Source: Gammaproteobacteria bacterium | GTDB lineage: Bacteria > Pseudomonadota > Gammaproteobacteria > Eutrophobiales > Eutrophobiaceae | Reading direction: 5' to 3' | Assembly (NCBI GenBank): GCA_963422205.2 | Contig: CAXMWX010000005.1 | Location: 480,001 to 544,000, forward strand | DNA length: 64,000 nucleotides | Part shown: positions 53,503-63,344 of the stretch, piece by piece | How the letters are laid out: each line of letters begins with the position of its first letter | Position numbering within the stretch: position 1 is the first letter of the stretch | Program-made: the position numbers and the translations under genes | Notes under the pieces: generated by a model | What the model saw: only the letters and a program-made list of their open reading frames with translations | Databases searched by the model: none | Told to the model about the DNA's origin: nothing

Positions 53503-53634
53503 GCCGATGGCCAGCGTTGGTTGTCTCACAACCGGCAACCGATCGCCCTGTGATGCGGCGGTGGTTGCCCGCTGCGAGCATGATGATCCGCCGTGATGAG
53601 ATTGCCCAAATCAACGGCAATGTGAGGTGTTTGC

Positions 53635-54147
53635 GTGAATTCAAGATCGGATTTTCCCGGGTCGAATTTTTCTGAATCGAATTTCTCTGGACCAAATTTC
53701 TCTGAACCGATTTTTTCTGGGCCGGATGGCAAGGATATCACGGCCTTTTGCTCACGGTTTACGGCGCCAATCCGGCTCTGTGCGGTGAGGGCATCCGGCT
53801 ATCCCCTGGTGTGTTCACTGTGGTATGAATATGCAGATGGCACGTTTCTCTGCGCCACCCAAAAGACGGCGAGAATTGCGCTGTGTCTGCATGAAAACCC
53901 GAAATGTGCATTTGAACTTTCCCCGAACGAGCCGCCGTATTTTGGCATTCGGGGCAGCGGCGATGCGAACATTACCACCGCAGGTGCCGCCGAGTTATTG
54001 CAGCGTTTGATACAACGCTACACCGGCGATATGCAATCTGCGCTGGCGAGGATGCTGCTGGATAATGCCGCCAGCGAAGTCATGATAAAGATCAGGCCGA
54101 AGTCCATCTATAGCTGGGATTACACAAAGCGAATGAGGAGCGAATAA
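53635..54147 (+). CDS. Pyridoxamine 5'-phosphate oxidase-like FMN-binding protein
   Basis: SGYPLVCSLWY, NPKCAFE, PYFGIRGSG, SWDYTKRM. Confidence 0.78.
   Translation: MNSRSDFPGSNFSESNFSGPNFSEPIFSGPDGKDITAFCSRFTAPIRLCAVRASGYPLVCSLWYEYADGTFLCATQKTARIALCLHENPKCAFELSPNEPPYFGIRGSGDANITTAGAAELLQRLIQRYTGDMQSALARMLLDNAASEVMIKIRPKSIYSWDYTKRMRSE
53647..53721 (+). repeat. Degenerate 15-bp tandem repeat x5
   Basis: tcggattttcccggg / tcgaatttttctgaa / tcgaatttctctgga / ccaaatttctctgaa / ccgattttttctggg. Confidence 0.85.
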
Positions 54148-54204
54148 GCGGTTTATTGCGCGCGCATCGATTAAATTCATGGCATTTCATCTATAATTTA
54201 TGGT

Positions 54205-54906
54205 ATGCGCTCCCCTCTTCTCGCTTGCCTGTTGCTCTGCATTGCCTGTGAAAAACCGGATTTTGACATGGCACACCGGGCCTATGAGGCCGGCGATTAT
54301 GCGGCGGCGCTTGACATCCTGCGGCCACTGGCACAATCCGGCGATGTGAAATCACAGAATAATCTGGGCTTTATGTATCACCACGGCATCGGCGTAGAGC
54401 AAAATTATGCACAGGCCCTGCAATGGTACACCCGCGCAGCAGAGCAGGGGCTGGCCGAGGCGGCGCTTAGCCTGGGACATGCCTACCGCAAGGGGGTTGG
54501 CACCGGGCAGGATTATGCGGCAGCCGTGATGTGGTATACCTGCGCGGCGGCGCAGGGCCTGGCCGAGGCAGAGTACAGCATGGGCTATATGTATGAGATG
54601 GGTTATGGCGTGGCGCAGGATTATATCGAGACGGCAGAATGGTATTACAAAGCGGCCAAGCAGGGCCATGTCCTGGCGCAGAGTAATCTGGGAGAGATGT
54701 ATTTCAAGGGCTATGCCGTGCCGAAGAGTGATCTGCAAGCCTATGCCTGGCTAGGCATTGCCAGTGCGGGTGGACACCGGCCAGCCGAGCAGCTACGCGA
54801 TAACATCAGGTTACGCATGACAGCAACCCAACTGGAGAAAGCCCGTGCCCGTGCGCGGGAACTGTGGCAGCGATACGGCAATAAAAGCGGCAGATCGTCA
54901 GGTTGA
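54205..54906 (+). CDS. Sel1-repeat lipoprotein
   Basis: Lipobox-like CIAC; four Sel1 units (e.g. AQSNLGEMYFKG, WYTRAAEQG). Confidence 0.9.
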   Translation: MRSPLLACLLLCIACEKPDFDMAHRAYEAGDYAAALDILRPLAQSGDVKSQNNLGFMYHHGIGVEQNYAQALQWYTRAAEQGLAEAALSLGHAYRKGVGTGQDYAAAVMWYTCAAAQGLAEAEYSMGYMYEMGYGVAQDYIETAEWYYKAAKQGHVLAQSNLGEMYFKGYAVPKSDLQAYAWLGIASAGGHRPAEQLRDNIRLRMTATQLEKARARARELWQRYGNKSGRSSG

Positions 54907-55131
54907 GCAGAACGGCGCGCTCGGTGCAAATGGCGGCGGTACTGCCGCATCGATCTTCAAACGGCGCCGCTGTCATCGTCCACCGCCTCCCCCGACATTC
55001 GCCAGCCCCTTAACTTGCAATGCCAGCCCTATGCCAGTGCGGATCTGCCAATGGCGGCCAGGCCCGGTCTGACTTATACTCAGCCGGTAATAACAAGGGT
55101 TAATAAACAGCGGCTATCACCGGGGGCGGAT

Positions 55132-55698
55132 ATGGATCGGCGGGATTTTGTCAAACGGGCGTTAAAGGGCGGCCACCTGTTGCTGGCCTTCCAGCTTGGC
55201 GGGGCGGCGGTCATGTTAAGCCCGCATGAGGCACATGCCAGACAGGTGCCGCTGCAAACGCTGCATCAACAAGACGCCGCCTTACTGGAGCAGCTGCTGG
55301 ATGTGATCGTGCCGGGGGCGCTGGATGCCGGCACGGTGCATTTTCTCGATCATCAACTGGGGGTGGCGCCCAATGACTGCTTGTTGATGGCCAAGTTTTT
55401 TGAGATACCGCTCCCTTACAGTAATTTCTATCAAACCGGTTTTCAGGTGCTGCGGGACTATGCTAGGGCGGAATTTTCCAGCGGCATTGAGCAGTTGACA
55501 CAGACACAAAAACACCAGCTCATTGCCTGCATCGCCACACCGGAGCGGGTCACAGCAGCGGGTTTTCCGATCTTTGTGTTTTATCTGTGTCTGCGGGCGG
55601 ATGCGGTTGACATGGTGTACGGCACCCCGGCGGGATTTGAAAAACTCAACGTGCCTTATATGGCGCATATCATGCCGCCCAGGGGATGGCATGGCTAA
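55132..55698 (+). CDS. Gluconate-2-dehydrogenase subunit 3-like Tat-exported protein
   Basis: MDRRDFVK twin-arginine signal; IVPGALDAGTVHFLDHQL; overlaps the GMC gene. Confidence 0.8.
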   Translation: MDRRDFVKRALKGGHLLLAFQLGGAAVMLSPHEAHARQVPLQTLHQQDAALLEQLLDVIVPGALDAGTVHFLDHQLGVAPNDCLLMAKFFEIPLPYSNFYQTGFQVLRDYARAEFSSGIEQLTQTQKHQLIACIATPERVTAAGFPIFVFYLCLRADAVDMVYGTPAGFEKLNVPYMAHIMPPRGWHG

Positions 55699-57265
55699 AA
55701 CACTGGACAAGCGAGAGGTGGTGATTGTCGGTGCCGGGGCGGCGGGCAGCGCTTATGCCGCGTATCTGGCCGAAGCGGGCAAAGATGTGCTGGTGCTGGA
55801 ACGAGGGGCGGTGCGCCGTTTAAGCGATCTGTACAGCTCGCAGATCTGGGCACGGCGTTTGAAATGGGGCGCACCCGTCGTGGTGGAGGAGGGGGCGGAT
55901 ACGATTTGGTATAACTTTAATTCAGGCCATGGTTTTGGCGGGGCGGCCATCCATCATTACGGAGTCTGGCCGCGATATCACCCGGAGGATATGGCGCTTG
56001 ACAGCCGCTATGGGCGCGGGCTGGACTGGCCGTTTGGCTATGATGTGCTGCGGCCGTATTACGATCAGGTGCAGGCCGAGGTGGGGCTGTCCGGCGATGC
56101 CGAGCAGGAGATCTGGCGACCGCCCGGCGCCCCTTATCCGCTGCCGCCGGTGCTGGTCAGCAACCACGGTCGCACCCTGGCCACCGGCTTTCATGCGCTC
56201 GGCATACCAACGGCACCGATACCGGTTGCCGTCTTGTCAGCCCCCTACCAGGGTCGGCCTGCCTGCCTCTGGGATGGCTGGTGTGATGCCGGTTGTCCAA
56301 CGGGCGCCCTGGCCAACCCGCTGGTCACCTACAAGCCGCGCGCAACACAGGCCAGGGCCGAGTTTCGGGCGCATGCCGAGGTCACCCGTCTGCTGGATGA
56401 TGAGGCCGGCAGGCGGGTGGCGGCGGTGGTGTATTATGATCAGAACAACAGGCAATGTATTCAGCCGGCGGATGTGGTGGTCTTGTGTGCATTCACGGTT
56501 GAGAACGTCCGTCTGCTGCTGAACTCCGCCTCCGGCAGGCACCCCAGGGGCCTCGCAAACAGCAGCGATACTCTCGGACGCTATCTGATGTCGCACCCGG
56601 CGGTGAGCGTGTTCGGCCTGTTTGATAAGGAGATGGAGAACTACCTGGGCCTGACCGGCGGGCAGTTACTGGTGCAGTCGGCCTTTGCCAAGCAGAGCGA
56701 TCCCGGTGGTGCGTTTGGCAGCCGGCAGTGGGTCGTCGGGCCGGCCTTAAAACCCAATGATCTGCTCGGGATTGCGATGACGCGCCCTGATCTGTACGGC
56801 CAGGAGTTAGATACGTTCATGTATCGCAGCGCCCATAAGATGGGCTGCATGGTCGCCGCTGTGGAAGAGCAGCCGAACCGGAATAACCGCATCCGTCTGG
56901 CCGCTGCCAAAGACAGGCACGGCATGCCGCTGGCCAGGATCAGCTACACCACCGGCGAGGATGCACGCCGGCTCTGGCAGAGCGCAGTCAAGGAGGGCAT
57001 GGCGGTCATGACGGCGGCGGGGGCGACAGAGACCTGGCACGGGCCGCAAGGCGGGCAACATATCATGGGCGGTACAATCATGGGCAAAGACAGCCGGCGG
57101 TCGGTGAGCAATGAACATGCACAGAGCCATGATATAAGCAATCTGTTTATCGGCGGCCCCAGCCTGCTGCCGACCAGTTCCTGTGTGAACTCCACCTTCA
57201 CTGTGCATGCATTGGCGCTGAAGTCCGCCCGGTTTATGATAGAGCATTGGGATGCGCTTGTTTGA
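55691..57265 (+). CDS. GMC family flavoprotein oxidoreductase
   Basis: VIVGAGAAG FAD motif, CLWDGWCDAGC Cys cluster, RLLLNS, GRYLMSH, HIMGG, NSTFT. Confidence 0.9.
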   Translation: MAKTLDKREVVIVGAGAAGSAYAAYLAEAGKDVLVLERGAVRRLSDLYSSQIWARRLKWGAPVVVEEGADTIWYNFNSGHGFGGAAIHHYGVWPRYHPEDMALDSRYGRGLDWPFGYDVLRPYYDQVQAEVGLSGDAEQEIWRPPGAPYPLPPVLVSNHGRTLATGFHALGIPTAPIPVAVLSAPYQGRPACLWDGWCDAGCPTGALANPLVTYKPRATQARAEFRAHAEVTRLLDDEAGRRVAAVVYYDQNNRQCIQPADVVVLCAFTVENVRLLLNSASGRHPRGLANSSDTLGRYLMSHPAVSVFGLFDKEMENYLGLTGGQLLVQSAFAKQSDPGGAFGSRQWVVGPALKPNDLLGIAMTRPDLYGQELDTFMYRSAHKMGCMVAAVEEQPNRNNRIRLAAAKDRHGMPLARISYTTGEDARRLWQSAVKEGMAVMTAAGATETWHGPQGGQHIMGGTIMGKDSRRSVSNEHAQSHDISNLFIGGPSLLPTSSCVNSTFTVHALALKSARFMIEHWDALV

Positions 57266-57316
57266 GCGGCGGGCTCAACGCAAAAACGCACAGGTTGTAT
57301 TGATGAATGTCAGCCT

Positions 57317-58204
57317 ATGAATAACACCCGTCTGGTATGTATTGACCAGCCAGAGGCACTGCGTCGGCTTTGTCACCAACTGCATGGGTGTTCCTGGCTG
57401 GCCGTGGACACAGAATTTGAACGCACGAAGACCTACTACCCCGAATTGTGTCTATTGCAGTTAAGCAATACCAGGCTGACGGCCATTATTGATCCGCAGG
57501 CGATAACCGATCTGTCGCCGTTATATGCCGTGCTCTATGATCCCGGCATCACGCTGGTGTTCCATGCTGCACGTCAGGACTTAGAAATATTTTATCATCA
57601 TCACCATGCCATCCCGCTGCCCTTGTTCGATACCCAGATCGCTGCCGGACTGTTGGGTTATGAGGATCAGATCGGTTACGCCAGACTGGTGGCAGAAGAA
57701 CTACAGGTGCAGCTGGCCAAATCGGCCACCCGCACTGACTGGAAACGCCGGCCATTAACCGATAAGCAACGGCACTATGCGGCTGATGATGTCGGCTATT
57801 TGAGCCAGCTCTACCCTATCTTGCGGAAAAAATTAATCGCAGCGGATCTGCTGGCGAAGCACGATGCGCGGTGTCATGCGCTCACCCGGCCTGAAACCTA
57901 TCAGCCCGACCCGGACAGCCTCTGGCGAAAGATCAATGCTGCCTCGCAATTACCGGAGGCACAGCGCATCGTGCTGCAGAAGCTGACGTCCTGGCGTGAA
58001 CTCACGGCACAGAAGAAAAACCTGCCGCGTCAATGGGTGCTGCCCAACCGGGTGCTGGTAGAGCTGGCCCGTTGCCTGCCGGATAACAGCGCCGAACTTG
58101 CCAGAACAGCCGGGATGAATAAGAAAACCATACAACGCTACGGCCATGTATTACTGGCGATCATTCAACGCTGGCAGGAAAATAATAGCGACATGCCCGC
58201 CTGA
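57317..58204 (+). CDS. rnd: Ribonuclease D
   Basis: AVDTEFER, FHAARQDLE, FDTQIAA, TDWKRRPL, YAADDV; HRDC domain. Confidence 0.9.
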   Translation: MNNTRLVCIDQPEALRRLCHQLHGCSWLAVDTEFERTKTYYPELCLLQLSNTRLTAIIDPQAITDLSPLYAVLYDPGITLVFHAARQDLEIFYHHHHAIPLPLFDTQIAAGLLGYEDQIGYARLVAEELQVQLAKSATRTDWKRRPLTDKQRHYAADDVGYLSQLYPILRKKLIAADLLAKHDARCHALTRPETYQPDPDSLWRKINAASQLPEAQRIVLQKLTSWRELTAQKKNLPRQWVLPNRVLVELARCLPDNSAELARTAGMNKKTIQRYGHVLLAIIQRWQENNSDMPA

Positions 58205-58222
58205 TTCACCTACTATGGCGGT

Positions 58223-59539
58223 ATGATAGCGAATGCGTTTTTCTGGGGTGTGATCAGCGCTATCGCCTTGCCCATCGGGGCGTTTCTGGGCATGTGGTTA
58301 CGCCCCGGCCACAAGGTGAATTCCATCTTCATGGCCTTTGGCGGGGGCGCCTTGCTGTTTGCATTGACCATTGAATTGTTCGGTCATGTCCCGCACCACG
58401 TTCAGTCTCATGGCAGCCGCCTCATCTGGGTGGTCTTCATCTGTGCCATCGTTGGCGGCCTGATCTTCTCCGGCCTCAATGCGCTGTTGAACAATCATGG
58501 GGCGTTCATGCGCCGCTTCTCCAGCGCCCGTGCCTTTCTTGCCAGACTCAAACACAAACGCACCCGCCTGCTGGCGGCACGCCTCGGCCGCATCGAGCTG
58601 TTAAATGCGCTCCCGCCTGAGTTGATGGCCAGCCTGCTGAACCGGGTGCAATTAAAAAAATACCCGGCGGGGGCGTATATCTGCCGACAGGATGAGGAGG
58701 CGAACGAGATGTTTTTCATCCTGGATGGTCAGGTTGAGATTATCCGGCATGAAGACGAGCAGCAAACCCTGATCGCTACCCTGGATGCCTATCAGAGCTT
58801 TGGCGAGCTAGGGCTGTTAAGCGGCTGCCTTCGAACCGCCGATGCCATTGCCAAAGGTGATGTGCAGGTCTATGCCATTGCCGTCGATGATTTCCAGCAC
58901 CTGCTCAAAAAAGACAAGACCCTGCATGAGAAGGTTCTGCGGCTGGCCACGACACGGCTGGATAACCTGCTGGAGAGGGCCCACGCACATGTCGATCAGG
59001 CCCGCTATCAAAACGCCTTTGATGCGTTGCTGGATGAACACCATGTCTCTGTCAGCAAAGCGGAGATCAAACACGAGGGGCAAAGCCGCGCCAGGGGCAA
59101 TGCCGCACTGGCTATCTGGATGGGGATTTTTATCGACTGCATCCCGGAGTCGCTGGTCATCGGTATGCTGGCCGCCAGCAGCGATGGCATCAGCCTGGCC
59201 TTTATCATCGGCGTCTTCCTGGCGAATATGCCGGAGGCCATGTCCAGCTCGGTCAGTATGCGCGAGAACGGCCTGAAACTGCATAGCATTTATCTGATGT
59301 GGGGCTCGATCACCGTGATCACTGGTCTGGGGGCGGCCTTAGGCGCATTCATCTTCCCGCCTGATCCTGTCGGCAGCTTGTTTTATCTGATGGTTGGCCT
59401 GGAGGCGCTGGCCGCCGGTGCCATGCTGACCATGATCGCTGAGACCATGTTGCCGGAGGCATTTTCACTGGGCGGTTCGGTGGTCGGCCTGTCTACGCTG
59501 GCAGGCTTTCTGACCGCCCTGATGGTGAAGATCATCTAA
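58223..59539 (+). CDS. ZIP-family metal transporter with inserted cyclic-nucleotide-binding domain
   Basis: ZIP N-terminal TMs (MAFGGGALLFALTIELF), cNMP domain (MFFILDGQVEI, FGELGLL..RTA), ZIP C-terminal TMs (IDCIPES, ANMPEA, AAGAMLTMIAETMLPEAF). Confidence 0.85.
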   Translation: MIANAFFWGVISAIALPIGAFLGMWLRPGHKVNSIFMAFGGGALLFALTIELFGHVPHHVQSHGSRLIWVVFICAIVGGLIFSGLNALLNNHGAFMRRFSSARAFLARLKHKRTRLLAARLGRIELLNALPPELMASLLNRVQLKKYPAGAYICRQDEEANEMFFILDGQVEIIRHEDEQQTLIATLDAYQSFGELGLLSGCLRTADAIAKGDVQVYAIAVDDFQHLLKKDKTLHEKVLRLATTRLDNLLERAHAHVDQARYQNAFDALLDEHHVSVSKAEIKHEGQSRARGNAALAIWMGIFIDCIPESLVIGMLAASSDGISLAFIIGVFLANMPEAMSSSVSMRENGLKLHSIYLMWGSITVITGLGAALGAFIFPPDPVGSLFYLMVGLEALAAGAMLTMIAETMLPEAFSLGGSVVGLSTLAGFLTALMVKII

Positions 59540-59542
59540 GCG

Positions 59543-60658
59543 ATGAGCAGGCAATTCCTGTGCACCTTTCTGCTGCCCGGCGTTATCTTGCAGTCCATTA
59601 TGATCAGCTATGGTTACGGCAGCGGGCAGGACTTGCGGTATTTCTTTCTTAGCCAGGGGCCGCGGCACGGCCTGTACAGCCTGGTGTTCATCGTCACCCC
59701 GCTGATCAGCCTGGTAGCAGTGCTTACCTTTGAGTTTGCCCGCATATTTCAGGCATATAATTACCGGGCGTTTTTTCGGCATCTGCTGGGCAAAGCATGG
59801 TTTCTCTGGGAGCTGGCTTATCTTGTCACGCTGATGCTGTTGTTTGCCTTGATCGGTGCGGCCACAGGCGAGATTTTTGCACACACACCGGGGCTGCCCG
59901 AAACCGCCGCCTCCGAAACGATAGCGCTGTTGTTTCTGCTGGTCGTTACCGCCTGGCTGGTGTATCACGGCACTGGCCTGATTGAGCGCATGCTGGTGTT
60001 CGGCTCGGTCGTGCTGTACCTGACCTACCTTGCGTTTCTCATCTGGTCTTTGGCCCTGTTTGGCGAGAACATCAGCACGGCATGGCAATGGCAGCCTCGC
60101 TCCCGTGAGTGGGCACAGAGCGGGCTGCACTATGCCAGCCTGCAACTTGGCCTGCTGCCAGTCGTATTGTTTGCCCTGCGCCACATAAAGACGCGTCGCC
60201 AGGCGGTGCTGTCCGGCCTGCTGGCGGGGCCGATGGCCTTGATACCGGCGATATTGCTCTATCTTGTTATGCTCATGCACTACCCGGATATCCCAACCCG
60301 CACGGCACCGTCTGCTGTGCTGCTGGCCGCCCTGCAGGCACCGTGGTTTGCGCTGCTGTTTCACGGGGTGTTGCTGGGCACCCTGATTGAGACCGGCGCC
60401 GGGGCAGTGCATGCGGTCAATGAACGGCTGGCGGATTACTGTCAGGCCACTGATAAAAAACTGCCGCCACAGGTACGCCCGATCAGCGCCCTGCTGCTGC
60501 CTGGCATTGCCGGTGTGTTATCAAAAATCGGCCTGGCCGGGAGCATGGCGCTGGCGGCAAATACCGTTGCGGCCTTTCTCCTGCTGTGTTTTCTCCTGCC
60601 GCTGATCCTCATCGGGATACCGAAGATGATAAGGGCCGGCGCCCATCAGCGCGGTTAG
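59543..60658 (+). CDS. YkvI-like multi-pass membrane protein (putative transporter)
   Basis: About 10 TM segments; QSIMISYGYGSGQDL resembles the GGYATGRE motif; GTLIETG. Confidence 0.7.
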   Translation: MSRQFLCTFLLPGVILQSIMISYGYGSGQDLRYFFLSQGPRHGLYSLVFIVTPLISLVAVLTFEFARIFQAYNYRAFFRHLLGKAWFLWELAYLVTLMLLFALIGAATGEIFAHTPGLPETAASETIALLFLLVVTAWLVYHGTGLIERMLVFGSVVLYLTYLAFLIWSLALFGENISTAWQWQPRSREWAQSGLHYASLQLGLLPVVLFALRHIKTRRQAVLSGLLAGPMALIPAILLYLVMLMHYPDIPTRTAPSAVLLAALQAPWFALLFHGVLLGTLIETGAGAVHAVNERLADYCQATDKKLPPQVRPISALLLPGIAGVLSKIGLAGSMALAANTVAAFLLLCFLLPLILIGIPKMIRAGAHQRG

Positions 60659-60724
60659 TGCATGAGCGAACACCGCCGCAATCGTGTATGCTTCTCTGGC
60701 CATGGTTTCTGATACACTGCCCTG

Positions 60725-61495
60725 ATGCCAAGCTGGTATGTGTATATCGTAAAATGTGCCGATGACAGCCTGTACACCGGCGTGACCACAGACATTGTGC
60801 GCCGCCTGCAAGAGCATAATCAGTCCAGACGGGCCGCAGCCTACACCCGAACAAGGCGTCCGGTGGCCCTTGTCTATACAGAAGCGCTCGCTGATCGCAG
60901 CGCGGCATGCAGGCGTGAGGCGGAGATCAAGTCGCTTGACCGGCAGGCAAAACACACACTCATAGCCACGGCGGATACGCCATATATCCGGCCCATCAAT
61001 GCGGCACAAAAGACGGCTGTTGAGGCCCTGACCCGGGATTATATTGACCAGGCAGGCCGGTTATTCGGTCAGGCGTTTCAGCCGATAGCGGTCGTGTTCG
61101 ATCTGTCGGGCCGGGCGGCCGGGATGTACAAGATAAAACGGGGGCAGCGGATGATCCGCTACAACCCCTGGTTATTTGCAAAATACTATGCAGAAAGCCT
61201 GACGAATACGGTGCCCCACGAGGTCGCACATTATATCGTCGATTGCCTGTATGACCGTCGGCATACCCGCCCCCACGGCCCGGCGTGGCAAGACGTGATG
61301 CAGCGCTTCGGGGCCGAATGCCGGGTTACCGGCGAGTATGATCTGACCGGCATACCGGTGAGAAAACAGCGCACATTTACCTACCGGTGCGGCTGTCGCC
61401 AGTATGAGATCAGCTGTGTCCGCCACAAGCGTATTCAGCGCGGGGTGGCGTATTGTTGTCGGCACTGCCATGCCCCCATTGCCGCCATTGCCTGA
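60725..61495 (+). CDS. GIY-YIG nuclease / SprT-like zinc metalloprotease fusion
   Basis: WYVYIV..SLYTGVT..RRLQEHN..RREAEIK followed in frame by DLSGRAAG, IRYNP, VPHEVAH, HGPAW, YRCGC, YCCRHC. Confidence 0.88.
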   Translation: MPSWYVYIVKCADDSLYTGVTTDIVRRLQEHNQSRRAAAYTRTRRPVALVYTEALADRSAACRREAEIKSLDRQAKHTLIATADTPYIRPINAAQKTAVEALTRDYIDQAGRLFGQAFQPIAVVFDLSGRAAGMYKIKRGQRMIRYNPWLFAKYYAESLTNTVPHEVAHYIVDCLYDRRHTRPHGPAWQDVMQRFGAECRVTGEYDLTGIPVRKQRTFTYRCGCRQYEISCVRHKRIQRGVAYCCRHCHAPIAAIA

Positions 61496-61647
61496 GTTGA
61501 CTGGCAGTGATATCGTCAATTTATGCCTGAGTGATCGCAAAAAAACGCCGCATCTAACAGAAATCATCGGGAAAATTGGACATTCTCACACATTCTACTT
61601 ATGCTTGTGCTGGTTTGACTACACGATGAAGACTTCAAAGGTGATCT

Positions 61648-61848
61648 ATGTATAACATAATCAAATTGTGCCTGTTCAGCGCCCTGCTGATCCTGGCAGC
61701 TTGCGGCGACAAACCGCCTGCAAGCGGTTCAACCTCAACCACCGATACGGCCACATCAGCCGATAGCACCATGGACAGGCAACTGCCGGAAGGCCCCATT
61801 GAGACGCCTGAATGGGCGAAATTAGAGCACACCGTGATTACCAATTAA
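61648..61848 (+). CDS. Short lipoprotein, possibly truncated
   Basis: Signal peptide with LAAC lipobox and Ser/Thr-rich linker. Confidence 0.5.
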   Translation: MYNIIKLCLFSALLILAACGDKPPASGSTSTTDTATSADSTMDRQLPEGPIETPEWAKLEHTVITN

Positions 61849-61969
61849 TCACACGGGCAAATGAGGCCGGGGCGCAACCAACCTCTTGGCCCTTAAAATA
61901 TGGACATCAACAGGGACACTCATCGTTTGCTGAGAAGCACCGACATGTTATGGCGCGGTCCTAATAATA

Positions 61970-62017
61970 GCCCCAGGAATAGCCTTGGGAATCGCCCTGT
62001 AAACCGCCCTGGGAGTA
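61970..62017 (+). repeat. Degenerate 12-bp tandem repeat x4, intergenic
   Basis: gccccaggaata / gccttgggaatc / gccctgtaaacc / gccctgggagta. Confidence 0.6.
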
Positions 62018-62144
62018 TTGTTGGTCATTCCCCGGCGTGGCGTTAAGCTGTCAAGAGATGACACGCAAGCCAAGATAAACAGATGATCTGCCTAGACCAT
62101 TCCTCAAGCATCACGGCTTTTGTAGGCTGATTGAGGAGCAGACT

Positions 62145-63344
62145 ATGTCGTTTGAAGACATCGGCTTGATCGCCGAGTTACAGTGTGCTGTTGCCGATGA
62201 GGGTTACACGCACCCCACCCCCGTACAGATACAATCCATCCCGGCTATCCTCGCAAAACGCGATCTGATGGTCGGTGCCCAGACTGGCACAGGCAAGACC
62301 GCCGGTTTCACCCTGCCTATGTTGCAGCTCATCAAGCAATCCCAGGATACCGCGCAGGCACATCAGGCCGAGGCAATCATCAGGGCCCTGATACTCGTTC
62401 CCACGCGCGAGTTGGCCGCACAGGTGGGGGAGAGTGTACGCACTTATGGCAAATACCTGCCGCTGCGATCAGCCATCGTATTTGGCGGTGCGGCTATACA
62501 CAAGCAAATAGAGCGACTGGCAAAAGGGGTCGACATCCTGATCGCAACGCCGGGGCGGCTGCTGGATCACGTGCAGAGAAAGACGGTTGATTTATCTCAC
62601 GTCAGCTTTTTTGTGCTGGATGAGGCGGATCGTATGCTGGATATGGGCTTCATTAACGACATTCGCAAATTGCTGCACATCATTCCTAAGCAAAGGCAGA
62701 ACCTGTTGTTCTCCGCCACGTACTCCAATGAGATTAAACGCCTGGCCGATCGCTTGCTAAACAACCCGGAGATGATCCAGATAGAGACGGAAAATTCATC
62801 TGCCAAAGGCATCAAGCAAATCATACATCCGGTCGATCACTCCAGCAAACGGCAGCTACTCATGAAGATACTGGCCGATAACCCCGATGCCCAGGTGCTG
62901 ATTTTTATGAATATGAAACATTCCGCCGGCCGGCTGGCCGAGCGGATTAAAAAAGCGGGCGTCAATGCCTGTGCCATCCACGGCGATAAGACGCAGTCGC
63001 AAAGAGTGGCGGCATTAAAAAATTTCAAACAGGGGAAGGTGCGGGTGCTGGTGGCCAGCGATCTCGCCGCCCGCGGCATTGACATTGAAGACCTGCCTTT
63101 TGTCATCAACTATGATCTGCCGCTGGAGGCGGAAGTTTACATCCACCGTATTGGCCGCACCGGCCGCGTTGGCAAGACCGGGGTCGCCATATCGCTGGTG
63201 GCGGCTGATGAATCGGCCCTGCTGAAAAACATCGAAAAACTGATTGCCAGGCAACTGCCGCAGAAAGTCGTGCCGGGTTTTGAGCCGGATACCCGCATCA
63301 CACGCCTGTATGTGCCAGGCCAGCCGCTGTCACAACGCTCCTGA
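62145..63344 (+). CDS. rhlE: DEAD-box RNA helicase (RhlE-like)
   Basis: AQTGTGKTAGFTLP, PTRELA, TPGRL, DEAD, SAT, ARGID, YIHRIGRTGR. Confidence 0.88.
   Translation: MSFEDIGLIAELQCAVADEGYTHPTPVQIQSIPAILAKRDLMVGAQTGTGKTAGFTLPMLQLIKQSQDTAQAHQAEAIIRALILVPTRELAAQVGESVRTYGKYLPLRSAIVFGGAAIHKQIERLAKGVDILIATPGRLLDHVQRKTVDLSHVSFFVLDEADRMLDMGFINDIRKLLHIIPKQRQNLLFSATYSNEIKRLADRLLNNPEMIQIETENSSAKGIKQIIHPVDHSSKRQLLMKILADNPDAQVLIFMNMKHSAGRLAERIKKAGVNACAIHGDKTQSQRVAALKNFKQGKVRVLVASDLAARGIDIEDLPFVINYDLPLEAEVYIHRIGRTGRVGKTGVAISLVAADESALLKNIEKLIARQLPQKVVPGFEPDTRITRLYVPGQPLSQRS

Noticed and set aside
53647-53721. CRISPR array or pentapeptide-repeat protein
   Set aside because: Repeats are contiguous with no spacers or cas genes, and five units are too few for a beta-helix
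54205-54906. Sel1 protein as proof of symbiosis
   Set aside because: Single Sel1 lipoproteins are common in free-living bacteria
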